Positions 1-13,967 of a stretch of DNA of 64,000 bases are shown one piece after another. A program made the translations under genes and the position numbers. Origin of the DNA: Octopus sinensis (Eukaryota); the NCBI RefSeq assembly GCF_006345805.1, contig NC_043005.1, forward strand, positions 44,206,001 through 44,270,000, written 5' to 3'. Within the stretch, counting starts at the first letter, position 1. Each line of letters begins with the position of its first letter. The notes beneath the pieces are model-generated. The model saw nothing but the letters and a program-made list of their open reading frames with translations. It made no database searches and had not been told where the DNA came from.

Positions 1-2789
1 ACCAAGAAATGGATTTATTGATAGCTAATACAGAAACTAAGAAATTTCATATTCACTGCAGAAAGGGATGCTCATATTACCAGCGACATAACTTATCATT
101 ACAGCTGTACTAAACAAGTCAGAAAGTCCTAACAATCACAGATGATTTGTTTTTATTTCATAATTAAACTACCTTGCTGTGAGGCTTGCCATGTTATCAT
201 AAAATGTTAAATCTTTGTTTACACTTTGCTTTAATGAAAGCTAAGGAAAAGATACACTAAACAGTAACTAAATCTGACCGATAGCAAGTGATTTCTACAT
301 CTTGGGAATGACTTAGTATGAAGGAAAAGTCTTGATTGCTTTTCTCTGGAAATTAGCAGAGAAATAGGCCTTAGAATATCGTAGAATATTACTATTTGCT
401 CCAGCATGGTTGAGTGGTTCAAAAGCTTGCATCACAACCAAGTAGTTTCAGGTCCAGTCACACTGCTTAGTACCTTGGGCAAGTACCTACTATTGCAAAT
501 ATCTACTATCTACTACTTGACCAATACCATGTGAGGGAAATTTGGTAGAAAGAAATTGTATTGAAGCCTACTGTGCATGTATTTATATCGTCATCATCAT
601 CATCATCATCACCACCACCACCATTTATCATCTATTTTCCATTCTGGCATGGGTTGGACAGTTGACAGGAGCTGGCAGAGCTGGGAGATGTAGCAGGCTC
701 CATTATCTGTTCTAGTAGAGGTTTTACAACTAGATGCCCTTCCTAATACTAATTACTTACAGAGTGGACTGAGTGCTCTTGCATGGTACCAGCATACATG
801 TATATCTACATATCTATCTCTCTATCTATCTATCTATCTATCCATCTATATATATATATATATAATATATATATATATTATATATATATATATATATGCA
901 TATAAATGTGCAGATGTAGCTGTGTGGTAAGAAGTTTACTTCCCAACCATATAGTTTTGGGTTCAGTTCCACTGTGTGGCACTTTGGGCAAGTCTCTTCT
1001 ACTATAGCATCAGGTTGATCAAAGCCTTGTGAGTGGATTTGGGGGACAGAAACTGAAGGAAATCTGTCATGTGTGTGTGTGTGTACGTGTTTGTCCACCA
1101 CATGACAACCAGAGTTGACCTGTTTACAATTCTCTAACTTGGCATTTTGGCTAAAGAGACTGATAGAAATAAGTACCAGACTTCGCTAAACGCTTCAAGG
1201 GCAGTGTCCCAGCATGGCTGCAGTCCATTGACTCAAACAAATAAATGATAAAAGATATCTCTTAAATGTTTAATGTAAGTTTACCTCTGTATCTTCTGTG
1301 AGTGACTGAGCATCCAAGATTGAAAAATGAGATCTGTCACAAGTTAAAATAACAAACAAAAAAAAAATTCATATCATCAGTCACCAATTTTTTTTTTTAC
1401 GATATGCTTAAACCAGTGAGATGTATAATTACATATTCACTTAACAGGAGTTGATAAAGCTGTCTAGAGAGGCCTCAGAGTAGTTTCAGTAGATAGAAAT
1501 AGAACAACTTAACAATTAAAAGATCAACGATTGATTCTAGACTAACACTGAAATGCTAACAGAACTATCTACTTTCTGACTGAAAGAGTAATCTGCTATA
1601 AATACATACATATATACACATATATATTTTCAAAACTCACTGTTATCTAAATTCCTCTCTAATCTTAACTGGAATTATTCTGTCATGAAGAAAGTAGTCC
1701 TGGTTAAATCTTGAGGTTACAAAGTCCAAAGAATGCAGTTTACCAATGATGAAAACTATAAGCAATTAGATTTCCTTATCAACTAAGACACTCAATTTAA
1801 TGGTCGTCTGTTTTCTTGACTATTTATCAGACAACTATATTCAGACTTTCATTCTTACCATTTACCCAGCATGAAGAAACTGATATCAACGTGATCAATA
1901 ATGGAATTACTTTCATCAGGTACAGACATGTTAACTTCACCAAGAAATGGATTTATTGATAGCTAATACAGAAACTAAGAAATTTCATATTCACTGCAGA
2001 AAGGGATGCTCATATTACCAGCGACATAACTTATCATTACAGCTGTACTAAACAAGTCAGAAAGTCCTAACAATCACAGATGATTTGTTTTTATTTCATA
2101 ATTAAACTACCTTGCTGTGAGGCTTGCCATGTTATCATAAAATGTTAAATCTTTGTTTACACTTTGCTTTAATGAAAGCTAAGGAAAAGATACACTAAAC
2201 AGTAACTAAATCTGACCGATAGCAAGTGATTTCTACATCTTGGGAATGACTTAGTATGAAGGAAAAGTCTTGATTGCTTTTCTCTGGAAATTAGCAGAGA
2301 AATAGGCCTTAGAATATCGTAGAATATTACTATTTGCTCCAGCATGGTTGAGTGGTTCAAAAGCTTGCATCACAACCAAGTAGTTTCAGGTCCAGTCACA
2401 CTGCTTAGTACCTTGGGCAAGTACCTACTATTGCAAATATCTACTATCTACTACTTGACCAATACCATGTGAGGGAAATTTGGTAGAAAGAAATTGTATT
2501 GAAGCCTACTGTGCATGTATTTATATCGTCATCATCATCATCATCATCACCACCACCACCATTTATCATCTATTTTCCATTCTGGCATGGGTTGGACAGT
2601 TTGACAGGAGCTGGCAGAGCTGGGAGATGTAGCAGGCTCCATTATCTGTTCTAGTAGAGGTTTTACAACTAGATGCCCTTCCTAATACTAATTACTTTAC
2701 AGAGTGGACTGAGTGCTCTTTGCATGGTACCAGCATACATGTATATCTACATATCTATCTCTCTATCTATCTATCTATCTATCTATCCA

Positions 2790-2790
<1 letters not shown>
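1..2790. repeat. Near-identical direct duplication: 1-845 equals 1939-2790
   Basis: Offset 1938. The differences I found are single-T indels in TTT runs, and the match ends at a (TA)n. Confidence 0.95.
912..1255 (+). mobile_element. SINE family A (tRNA-like head, internal microsatellite)
   Basis: gtgtggtaagaag...ttcagttccactg...gtcttctactatagc...gactgatagaaataagtacc...cagcatggctgcagtc, which recurs throughout the window. Confidence 0.8.
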
Positions 2791-2871
<81 letters not shown>

Positions 2872-3796
2872 TGTGTGTGCATGTAATTAACAATTATTTC
2901 TGTAATAGAGTTATAAAAGTAGATAAAAATTCCCTTTTATAATGATTGTACATCAGGAAAACAGCAGCAACCCACATAAACATTGAACAACTTTTCAAGA
3001 CCCTAAGAGAGAGACAGGAGGTTCGGGGTGGGGAGGGAGGGTTAGTTATCATCAGCCTGGAGACTTATTCTGAATACTTGCAATAGAATTTACTATTCTA
3101 TAGGTGTCTTTGGCCAGGTGGTGATGGTGTTAAACAGGCCTGTGGATTAACTTTTAAATATGTCAGTAAAGTATTATGTATGATTTTCAAATAAATGTAT
3201 GTTAAGTGAAATCTGCTGAAGTTCCTTTCATATTAGCAAGAACAAATGCTATAAATATTGTATATTACATTTCTATAGTTTCCCTGATATAATATTGAAG
3301 GAAGCTATCACTTCGCTAATAAACTTTGTCTCTATACTTTAAATTAACAGTTCTCCTTTTATTTATCCCCTGGGAACTCATACAAATTAACATGGTAAAT
3401 CAAGTTCAAATGCTGCAGAAATCTAGCAGTTCAATTACACAATCAGGACCATTTCAAAACAATTCTTAAAACTGGCAGTAAGACTTGAGAAGAATAGCAG
3501 GTAATTTATAATGAACTCAACAAACCATAAACCTTGATATATTGGCGAAGAAGATTTACATAGGACAGCTTTTGCTTCACTTCATTATTAGTTTTGTTAT
3601 GGTTAAGTCACTAGTTAGGGATACATAAATAGAAAGTCATAAATGCTAAAACTATTTTAATAACTCACTAAGTATCTTGCCAAGATTTGAAATAACCGGC
3701 ATTTCATGATTTACAGGATAGAATTAAAGCAGAAGCACATGTTTTTACATACATAATTATTCCAATACTGAAACATCAAAATTTAAATACAGGTAT

Positions 3797-4004
3797 GTGT
3801 TGGTGCCACATAAAAAGCATCTCTGCTGGCACCATATAAAAGGTACCCATGCTGGCACCATATAAAAGGTACCCGTGCTGGAGCTACATGAAAGACACCA
3901 GTGCTGGCACCACATAAAAAGTACCCATGCTGGTGCCACATAAAAAGTACCTGTGTTGGTGCCACATAAATAACACCAGTGCTGGTGCCATGGCAAAAGC
4001 ACTG
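3797..4004. repeat. 26-bp tandem repeat, ~8 copies, inside a SINE
   Basis: Consensus GTGCTGGCACCACATAAAAAGTACCC, with starts at 3797, 3823, 3849 and so on. Confidence 0.9.
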
Positions 4005-5582
4005 TGGACACTCTGTAAAGTGGTTGTCATTAGGAAGGGTATTTGACCATAACAACAATGCCATAACAGACAACTGGAGTCTGGTGCAGCTCTCTGGCTT
4101 GCCAACACTTTGCCAAACTGTCCAACCCATGCCAGCATGGAAAACGGACGTTAAATGATGATGATGATGATGATGATGAGGTATCTTAAAATATTGTAAT
4201 GTTCTTCAAATGATAAATAATGAACAGCAGATAACTTAATTAATATATTATAATTAAATGGCACAAAAATAAGTTGTACAAATGCCTGATGAAAGTTAAT
4301 GTTTGTATTGTATTATGAATCGGTTTAAAACCAAGTAAATATATCTGACTGATGTAACTTTAGAATGAATACATTCATCGAATATCAGTAGTAGTCTCTG
4401 AGGACAATGATATCTGTACTTCAGTATACAAAAGTACAGCATACCATATAGCTGAAAGGTTCTCTATAAAACAATAGCATTTTGTCTTATTTTATGAATT
4501 TATTAAATTTCAAATATAAACTTCAGTAAACAATTGTAGCTTATTCAATGAACATTCTATTCAGCTTCCCCACACACCTCACCCTCCAGTTTCAAGATCA
4601 AATAAAAGATTACAAAAATAAATGATTAGATGGGTGTCACACTACATCTTTATCAACATCACCATTACATATCTGTCATAACAAACTGATTCTCTTTTAG
4701 CTTGAACTCTTCCACCTTTGCACCCCCTTTACTTTACATACATACAAAACATCTTATATGTATGCATCATGTAGCCTTCTATTTATATGGATAACAACTC
4801 TTTGTACATATAAAAAGAAGAATTCAAGAATTATAGATAAATAACTATCATTCGTACAAGACTTATCAGCAAAGATCTCTGTGAAGATAGATCTAAATTA
4901 TATTTATAACAATGTAAGATTGCAATTAAATGATAGAGAATTAGTTTTAAAGGAGTTCACACTAGAATGGTAGTATTTAACCAGATTGTTATAGTGTTTG
5001 GATAAGATAACCATTTCTATTGATATGTCTGTGCTCTGTATCTTAATTTTAATATAAATATATTTAGGCATTTGGCAATCATTGAGGGCCTCAGGTAAAA
5101 TCAAAGGTAAACAAGTCTGGAATTTACACAGTAAAAGAAGCTGTGTTTTTTTATCAATGAATATTTTGATACCTTGAGGCTAATTTGTTAAAAACGACAG
5201 CTTTGATGAAAGACAGATTGGAATTCTCTTTGACAGTCTCTAAATATTTGTTTTGCATCTTACTGGAATTGTAATATATTTTTAGTTGTCCTTTTTTAAC
5301 CAAAAATAACTAATGGAACAAATCAGAATAGTGCATAGCTGCAACATGTCTGACATGCAATCTGGCTTTCTAACATGCAGCATATTCCAATAAACAGTAG
5401 TATTTGGTTATGCAGGGTGCAGTGTGACAGTCAGGGAATATTGTATCTAGTTTGTTGTTTAGTCTAGTTGGATGTGTCTAGAGATTCTGATGCTAACTGA
5501 ATCTAAACATTAACTATGATTCTTTCTGAATATTTTGAAAGATATTTGTATTCTGTAAACAATTACTGTTGCATTTATTTTG

Positions 5583-5653
<71 letters not shown>

Positions 5654-5654
5654 G

Positions 5655-5694
<40 letters not shown>

Positions 5695-5871
5695 AATATA
5701 TATATATATATGAATATATATATAACTATATAAATATATATATATATAAAATATAAATATATATATATATAATATATAAATATATATATATATATATATA
5801 AATATATATATATAAATATATAATATATATATATAAATATATAAATATATATAATATATATATATATATAA

Positions 5872-5931
<60 letters not shown>

Positions 5932-6289
5932 AAAGGATAGAAAGTGGAGATGACGTTGGTTGAATTTGAACTCAAAACGTAAAGACAGACGAAAAGCCAC
6001 TAGGTCCAGTATGCTAATGATTCTGTCAGCTCACCACCTTCTTGCTTTAGATATACTGAGATAACAAAGAATGACTTTCATATGCAGCTGAGTATGTTAT
6101 AGAAACAGCCAGAGTCACTAGATTATGAAGTCCCAAGCAAAATGAGAATTGAGAGATTTACAGGGTTAAACGTGAATCTACCTAAATAAACAGAAATTAA
6201 AAAGATGAATACGGTAACTTGAAAGTTCTTTTTAATAGAAGATTCACCACAAAGCAAATATATATAAGCAGCTATAAAACAGTACACAG

Positions 6290-6975
6290 AAAGTTTCAAT
6301 GCCTTACATCATTGTTAAGCTTCAGTCTTTGATTAAACAAAAGTCATGGTGTTTGGATAAAAGAAGGTAAATGTTAAGATCAGATTGGGCAATGAGGGGC
6401 TCTAACAGGTTGAATTGTACAAATATCTTGGAACCTAAATCTCTGATGAAGCCACACGTAAGAAAGAAATTAGGACATAGCTAACCATGGCAAGACTGTC
6501 CACGGAAAAGCTTAATAATATCTAAAGCAGCAAAAGTGTCCCATTTAAGTTGAAAGCAAAGGCTAATGTAAGCGGTCATTTGGTCAATAGGCATTTATGG
6601 TTGCAGAACATGGACTTTGAACAAATCTGAAGAGAGTATAATAATTAAGGCATTTGGAATGTGGGTGTATAGAAGAATGTTACAAGGACCATCAGACAAA
6701 TGAGTGTTGCAACAAGTATGCAAAAGACAGCAACTCCTGAACATAACTCATCTACTTCGGTCATATTTGAAGAAGCAGAAGTCTAGAAAACATTATCATG
6801 GAAGGAAGAGTAGAGGGCAGCTGATCAAGAGGCAGACAAAAAAGAAAACGAAGGGGATGGGTAATAACATGAGCTTGTTGGACAGAAGTGGCAGGGCAGC
6901 TGGAGAACTCACTCTTAATTGGGAAGACTTCCATTGTAGTGCCACCAATCTGCATACAATATATGACAACAACAA
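6290..6975 (+). mobile_element. Degenerate 3' fragment of an RTE-clade LINE (RT C-terminal region)
   Basis: Frames read KTKVMVFG, YKYLGT, YGCRTWTLNKSEE, (A)FGMWVYRRML, YFGHI and ENIIMEGRVEG, with stops and frameshifts. Confidence 0.85.
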
Positions 6976-7943
6976 TTTTAATTTAAATGGAAAATGCTTA
7001 AAAATCTATATGATTTTCACTAAACTTAGGGGTAGAGGTTACACATTCAGTCTTATCATCTGACTATAAGGATCTACTAATATGCTAAATGTATTCATAT
7101 GTTCAACTATGACACATCTGTATTCCAATATTGCCACAGCAACATTTATTTACTGAACAATGACAATTGAATTCAGTAAATATACACTACAGTCCTGCTC
7201 CAAGGTTACCATTTACTTTGACGCATATGTTTTTTATTGCAATATTCATCTTTTATTAATTCAGAAACCATATTATGCAACAATATTGCTAACTGACTAA
7301 AAATATCATTACTTAAATGGCAAAGTTGAAGTAAGTGACAGCCGTAAATATATGTTGTGGAATAAAGCAGTAAATACCAAGTTAGAGAAGGAAATACAGC
7401 AGTAAACATAGAGTGCAAGCAGTGGACATATATTGTAAAGTGTGAGATACAACAGAAAACATGCAGGATAAGGTGCAGCAATAAAAATGCAGCAAATGTG
7501 CTTACTGCTCAGTGTTTACAACTGTATATTTGAAAATACTTTTTAATATTAATATACAACTGTGTAGGTTGAAGATACTATTTAATATTTCAGGACTATG
7601 TTGAATATATCAGTATTGTTATTTCCATGAGGATAAAAGTCTTGACATTATGTAGTAACTAAATACAAGAGCATCAATCAACATAGCAATTAATTGATCA
7701 ATCATGCAACACATTATGGAAAGATTAACAAAACAGAAAAGAAAAGAAAATATCAGAAAATAATTCGCTCTGGAAGAGATTGAAAGTAATTTAAACTATC
7801 ATTATTCAAAATCGAACTATTGTAACTTCTTTCTGTTCTCCAAATCATCTGAAAACCACAAAAGCCCATCTGTTACATCAGTTAGTTACAACAACTAAGA
7901 ATGGAGTGTGTACGATGCATATATATATATCTGTGTGTGTGTG

Positions 7944-7987
<44 letters not shown>

Positions 7988-8839
7988 ATATATATATTTC
8001 AAAAACCATATTTTGATGGATAAAAACATGAACAATGGTCTAAAAATATAGAATGCTTTGACAATAGCGAATCAACAGTAAACTTGAAAAAAATAAAATA
8101 TTCTTCCTTAATATTTATTGTCTCTTTCTTTGCACAGCTGGACAGCACTTCAATAACATTCTTATATAAGGCAACACAATAGTATTGCACTTTAAAGGTT
8201 ATAATCAAAAGTGTCATCAAAACTTTTGAGTTTTCAAAAACTGAAGTTAAAATTTGTTCAAGCAATAAATTTGTGAAAAAAAAAAAAAATTTACTCTGCA
8301 ATTTTTTTGTTTTTAATATAAAATTGATATAACAATTAAGCATAAGGGATCTAAATCAAGTTCGTTTATAATAATCCAAATGGATTACTTTGATTTTGTG
8401 TCTGCTTGCTGTTTACATAAAACAGAATAAAAAAAACAACTTTGAAAAGTTCACTTGTAAAATTACCTTAAAATACATAAACTTTTCAAGATTGATTTTA
8501 TATAATTTCTTTAAGATATGATAAGTGGCCAGCAAAATAACATTCTGAGTTGAAGCTATCCTTTAACAATACTAACTTACTGACTCACAGTTGGATGTGA
8601 ATCAGAAAAAGGCTGAGAAGTGAAACAGGTTTTATCTTATCACCAGTACAATGACCTTTAGATGGAGGTGAAAACATAACTGGAAACAAAATGTACTAAA
8701 ATTCTTCAAGTTCATTTGAGTTAGTAACTGTGAGTGACAGGATACAAGTCAATAAAAACCTAAAGAATTGTGGTTTGAATATTTACAAAAGTTTTTGACT
8801 GAGCATCTGCAGTAGTTCTGGAAACATTTGATAGTGTAA

Positions 8840-8872
<33 letters not shown>

Positions 8873-9056
8873 CTGTTAGCTGTTAATGTGTGCAGTCTGA
8901 TGGTGTTGCTCTGATTATATCGCAACTTTTCAAAGCAAGTGTTAGTAAGATTGCACATGTGAACGTGCATCCACATATGAATATGTGTGTATCTATCTAT
9001 CTATTAATCTATCTATCTGTTTCTCTGTCTCTCTCTCACTATATATATATATATAG

Positions 9057-9106
<50 letters not shown>

Positions 9107-9191
9107 CATATATACATATACATATATATATATATATATATAATATATATATATATATAGATATATATATATATACATATACATATACATA

Positions 9192-9224
<33 letters not shown>

Positions 9225-9346
9225 GTATATATATATATACATAATATATATATATATATATATATACAATATATATACATATATATATATACATATTATA
9301 TACATATATATATATATACATATATATACATATATATATATATATA

Positions 9347-9384
<38 letters not shown>

Positions 9385-9423
9385 TATGTATATTATATAT
9401 ATATATATTATATATATATATAT

Positions 9424-9467
<44 letters not shown>

Positions 9468-9739
9468 TATATACATATATATATACATATATATATATAT
9501 ACATATATATATACATATATATATATAACATATATATATACATATATATAATATATGTATATATATATAGATATATGTATATATATATATAATATATGTA
9601 TATATATATATATGTATATAATATATATATATATATTGTATATATATATATTATATATATATATACACACACACACACATATATATATATATATTATATA
9701 TATATATACACACACACACACATATATATATATATATGT

Positions 9740-9804
<65 letters not shown>

Positions 9805-9914
9805 TGTATATATATATATATGTATATATATATACACATTTATAATAAGGAGAATGCAGAATTTGAACATTCAACTTTATGTTTATTTACAGTTGGTTTA
9901 TTCATAATAATTGT

Positions 9915-10001
9915 CCGACACATGTTTTGATCACACTAATTGAATATTGTTGCATATTTACATGCAGCAATTTATGCATTATTAATACAATCTCTTCAGG
10001 G
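9915..10001 (-). ncRNA. Decayed type I hammerhead motif (G12>A); duplicate at 11756-11842
   Basis: Minus strand: CC-CTGAAGA-GAT...ATC-AAAAC-ATGT-GTC-GG. GAAA has become AAAA, as expected from CpG decay. Stem I is only 2 bp. Confidence 0.6.
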
Positions 10002-10148
10002 TATATAAATATGGCATTGTTCGAAGAGGCATTTTACATAGAGAAATTTGGTATCTGCCTGGATATTGTATCCCTCCTCTCAATATACATACATACATAT
10101 ATATGAATAAATGAAAGAATGGAGTCGAATGAAGATGTTAACAAAATT

Positions 10149-10241
10149 CCTTTACTCTCGACACATGTTTCGAAGACAGCATTTTCTCATTCCAAAGGAA
10201 TAAAAGGTGCATTATGCAATCTTCTCATCAGGAAAGAAAGG
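10149..10241 (-). ncRNA. Type I hammerhead ribozyme motif, intact catalytic core
   Basis: Minus strand: CCTTTCTTTC-CTGATGA-GAAGA(53-nt stem II domain)TCTTC-GAAAC-ATGT-GTC-GAGAGTAAAGG. All core nucleotides are present and the cleavage triplet is GUC. Stem I has 10 pairs (one G-U) with a 1-nt bulge. Confidence 0.85.
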
Positions 10242-10907
10242 GAGCCTCTCTCGACAAAAAGAGAAACAAAAATTTCGATGATTGCCTACATGGTAAATAA
10301 AGCGATAATTCATTCACCTACTTAAATACATACATATATATATATATATGTATATAAAAGAGTATGGAGACTTGTACATCCACAAAGTCTATTTTAAAGT
10401 TATATACAGCATATTATAATGACTAACACATGTTTCTGCCACAGCAGCTACTCACTGTTGTGAATGCAACCTTGCAATATTGTAATATTGTTGGTGCAGC
10501 TTCACCAGGGTCTGTCCATTTGGTCATCCTCAAAGGCTGAACAATAGAATGGACTCATTCATCCCTCATCACTTGTGTCAGTAGATTCCCATCAGATAGT
10601 CAAAGAGTTCAGTCCCACTGTGTGGCACTTTGGGCTAGTGTCTTCTACTATAGCCTCAGGCCAACCAAAGCCTCGTGAGTGGATTTGGTAAACAGAAACT
10701 GAAAGAAGCTTGTCATGTGTGTGTGGTGTGTGTGTATGTATGTACTGTTAGCTGTTAATGTGTGCAGTCTGATGGTGTTGCTCTGATTATATCGCAACTT
10801 TTCAAAGCAAGTGTTAGTAAGATTGCACATGTGAACGTGCATCCACATATGAATATGTGTGTATCTATCTATCTATTAATCTATCTATCTGTTTCTCTGT
10901 CTCTCTC

Positions 10908-10962
<55 letters not shown>

Positions 10963-11038
10963 CATATATACATATATATATATACATATATACATATATA
11001 TATTATATAATATATATATATACATATATACATATACA

Positions 11039-11103
<65 letters not shown>

Positions 11104-11209
11104 ATATATACATATATATACATATATATATATACAATATATATATACATTATATATACATATATATATATATACATATAATATACATATATATATATAT
11201 ATGTATATA

Positions 11210-11262
<53 letters not shown>

Positions 11263-11387
11263 TATATATATATATTATATATATATATATAGTATATATA
11301 TATATATGTAATATATATATATATACATATATATATACATATATAATATACATATATATATACATATATATATACATATATATATAC

Positions 11388-11442
<55 letters not shown>

Positions 11443-11444
11443 TA

Positions 11445-11663
<219 letters not shown>

Positions 11664-11989
11664 GTATATATATACACATTTATAATAAGGAGAATGCAGA
11701 ATTTGAACATTCAAACTTTATGTTTATTTACAGTTGGTTTATTCATAATAATTGTCCGACACATGTTTTGATCACACTAATTGAATATTGTTGCATATTT
11801 ACATGCAGCAATTTATGCATTATTAATACAATCTCTTCAGGGTATATAAATATGGCATTGTTCGAAGAGGCATTTTACATAGAGAAATTTGGTATCTGCC
11901 TGGATATTGTATCCCTCCTCTCAATATACATACATACATATATATGAATAAATGAAAGAATGGAGTCGAATGAAGATGTTAACAAAATT

Positions 11990-12082
11990 CCTTTACTCTC
12001 GACACATGTTTCGAAGACAGCATTTTCTCATTCCAAAGGAATAAAAGGTGCATTATGCAATCTTCTCATCAGGAAAGAAAGG
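11990..12082 (-). ncRNA. Second copy of the intact hammerhead motif (in the tandem duplication)
   Basis: Same sequence as 10149-10241 at offset 1841. Confidence 0.8.
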
Positions 12083-12446
12083 GAGCCTCTCTCGACAAAA
12101 AGAGAAACAAAAATTTCGATGATTGCCTACATGGTAAATAAAGCGATAATTCATTCACCTACTTAAATACATACATATATATATATATATGTATATAAAA
12201 GAGTATGGAGACTTGTACATCCACAAAGTCTATTTTAAAGTTATATACAGCATATTATAATGACTAACACATGTTTCTGCCACAGCAGCTACTCACTGTT
12301 GTGAATGCAACCTTGCAATATTGTAATATTGTTGGTGCAGCTTCACCAGGGTCTGTCCATTTGGTCATCCTCAAAGGCTGAACAATAGAATGGACTCATT
12401 CATCCCTCATCACTTGTGTCAGTAGATTCCCATCAGATAGTCAAAG

Positions 12447-12554
12447 AGTTCAGTCCCACTGTGTGGCACTTTGGGCTAGTGTCTTCTACTATAGCCTCAG
12501 GCCAACCAAAGCCTCGTGAGTGGATTTGGTAAACAGAAACTGAAAGAAGCTTGT

Positions 12555-12596
<42 letters not shown>

Positions 12597-12825
12597 TGTT
12601 TGTGGTGTCACTTTGTCTTTGTGTTGGTCCTTTCTATCACTACTTGACAACCAGTGTGTGTGTGTTTGCATCCCTGTGACTTAGTGGTTTGATAAAAGAG
12701 ACTGACAAAATAAGTACATTTTCAAAAAATTAAATAAATAAATAAGTACATTCGACTAAAAATTCTTCAAACCAGAGCTCCAGCATGGTCACAGTCTAAT
12801 GACTGAAACAAGTAAAAGATGAAAG
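12447..12825 (+). mobile_element. SINE family A (5' part also at ~10608-10725)
   Basis: Matches the family A consensus. Confidence 0.75.
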
Positions 12826-13324
12826 AATACCTAAAGATTTTTACAAAAGTGTTATTTTTTATAATTTTAAAATTTCTAAAACGTTTCAATAAGTAAATTA
12901 GGAGTGAAGTATTAATTTCACTTCAATACCGATACAAAACCAAATGAAACTTCAGCTACAGTTTTGTTTGAAATAAAATTTCTTTTTATAGCATTATTTT
13001 AAAATGGAAGGCAGCAAGATGGACAAAATGCTTAGTGTTATTTCACCTATTTCGGCATCCTGAGTTCAAATTCTACTGAGGTCAACTTTGCCTTTCATCC
13101 TTTCAGAGTCGATAAATTAAGTACCAGTGAAACACTGGGGTCGATATAATTGACTATCCCTCTCCCCTAAATTGCAGGCCTTGTGCCTACAGTAGAAAGG
13201 ATTTTTCTAAAAATAAGGCAAAACCATCAGAATAATTAATTTATGATCAAGTAGATAATCCATTTTCTATGCTACTTTTACTATTAAGTTATATGTTTTA
13301 TCTTTTCCTTCCTTTATCATTTAC

Positions 13325-13516
13325 CTTTTACTTGTTTCAGTTATTAGACTGTGGCCATGCTGGGGCACCACCTTGAAAGGTTTAGTCAAACAAATTGAGC
13401 CAGTGCTTACATTAATTTAAAGTTTGGTACTTATCTTATAAGTTTCCTTTTTTGCCAAAGCATTAAGTTACAGAGATGTAAACAAAACTAACATTGGTTG
13501 TCAAACACAAAGACAT

Positions 13517-13549
<33 letters not shown>

Positions 13550-13700
13550 GGACACGGACACACATATACATACAATAGGCCTTTTTTTCAGTTTCCACTC
13601 ACATGGCTTTAGCAGAAGACATTGGGCTAAGGTGCCAAGCAGTGGGACTAAACTCAGAACTATGTGGTTGGGAAGCAAGCTTCTTACCACACAGCCATGC
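13325..13700 (-). mobile_element. SINE family A
   Basis: Reverse complement of the family A consensus. Confidence 0.75.
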
Positions 13701-13967
13701 CTGTGCCTATATACTCATACAGATTATATATTTATGATAACAAAAGTCAAAATCCCCACAATGGCTAAGATGTTTTTTTTTAACTTTTATTTAGAATCTT
13801 TTCAATTATATTTTAATATGCATTTTCAACCTCTCATAGTTTCTACACTTCATTGCCATATGTTTATAATAGTACATCATCATCATCTTTGCAATTAATA
13901 AATAATGATACTAATGATAATAATCATAATCATAATAATAATAATAATGATAATAATAATAATAATT

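Noticed and set aside
1860-1965. Minus-strand signal-peptide-like frame MKVIPLLITLISVSSCWVNG followed by GTAAGA
   Set aside because: No compatible downstream exon could be established and alternative frames are equally plausible.
2945-2975. Minus-strand WVAA codons resembling the expected PH terminal helix
   Set aside because: There is no AG acceptor adjacent to the TGG.
7999-8343. 114-aa ORF in AT-rich sequence
   Set aside because: It runs through homopolymer tracts, has no recognisable domain and has no consistent splice pair.
8589-8679. Exon-like 91-nt minus-strand segment (MFSPPSKGHCTGDKIKPVSLLSLFLIHIQ) with good splice signals
   Set aside because: It cannot be chained in phase to the PH exons or to neighbouring candidates, and I recognise no homology.
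10456-10536. Exon-like 81-nt segment on the minus strand (PLRMTKWTDPGEAAPTILQYCKVAFTT) with AG/GTGAGT; duplicate near 12297-12377
   Set aside because: Its phase-0 start is incompatible with the phase-2 donor at 14646 and I recognise no family. Similar chance exon-like segments occur inside the confirmed introns (e.g. ~18260-18335).
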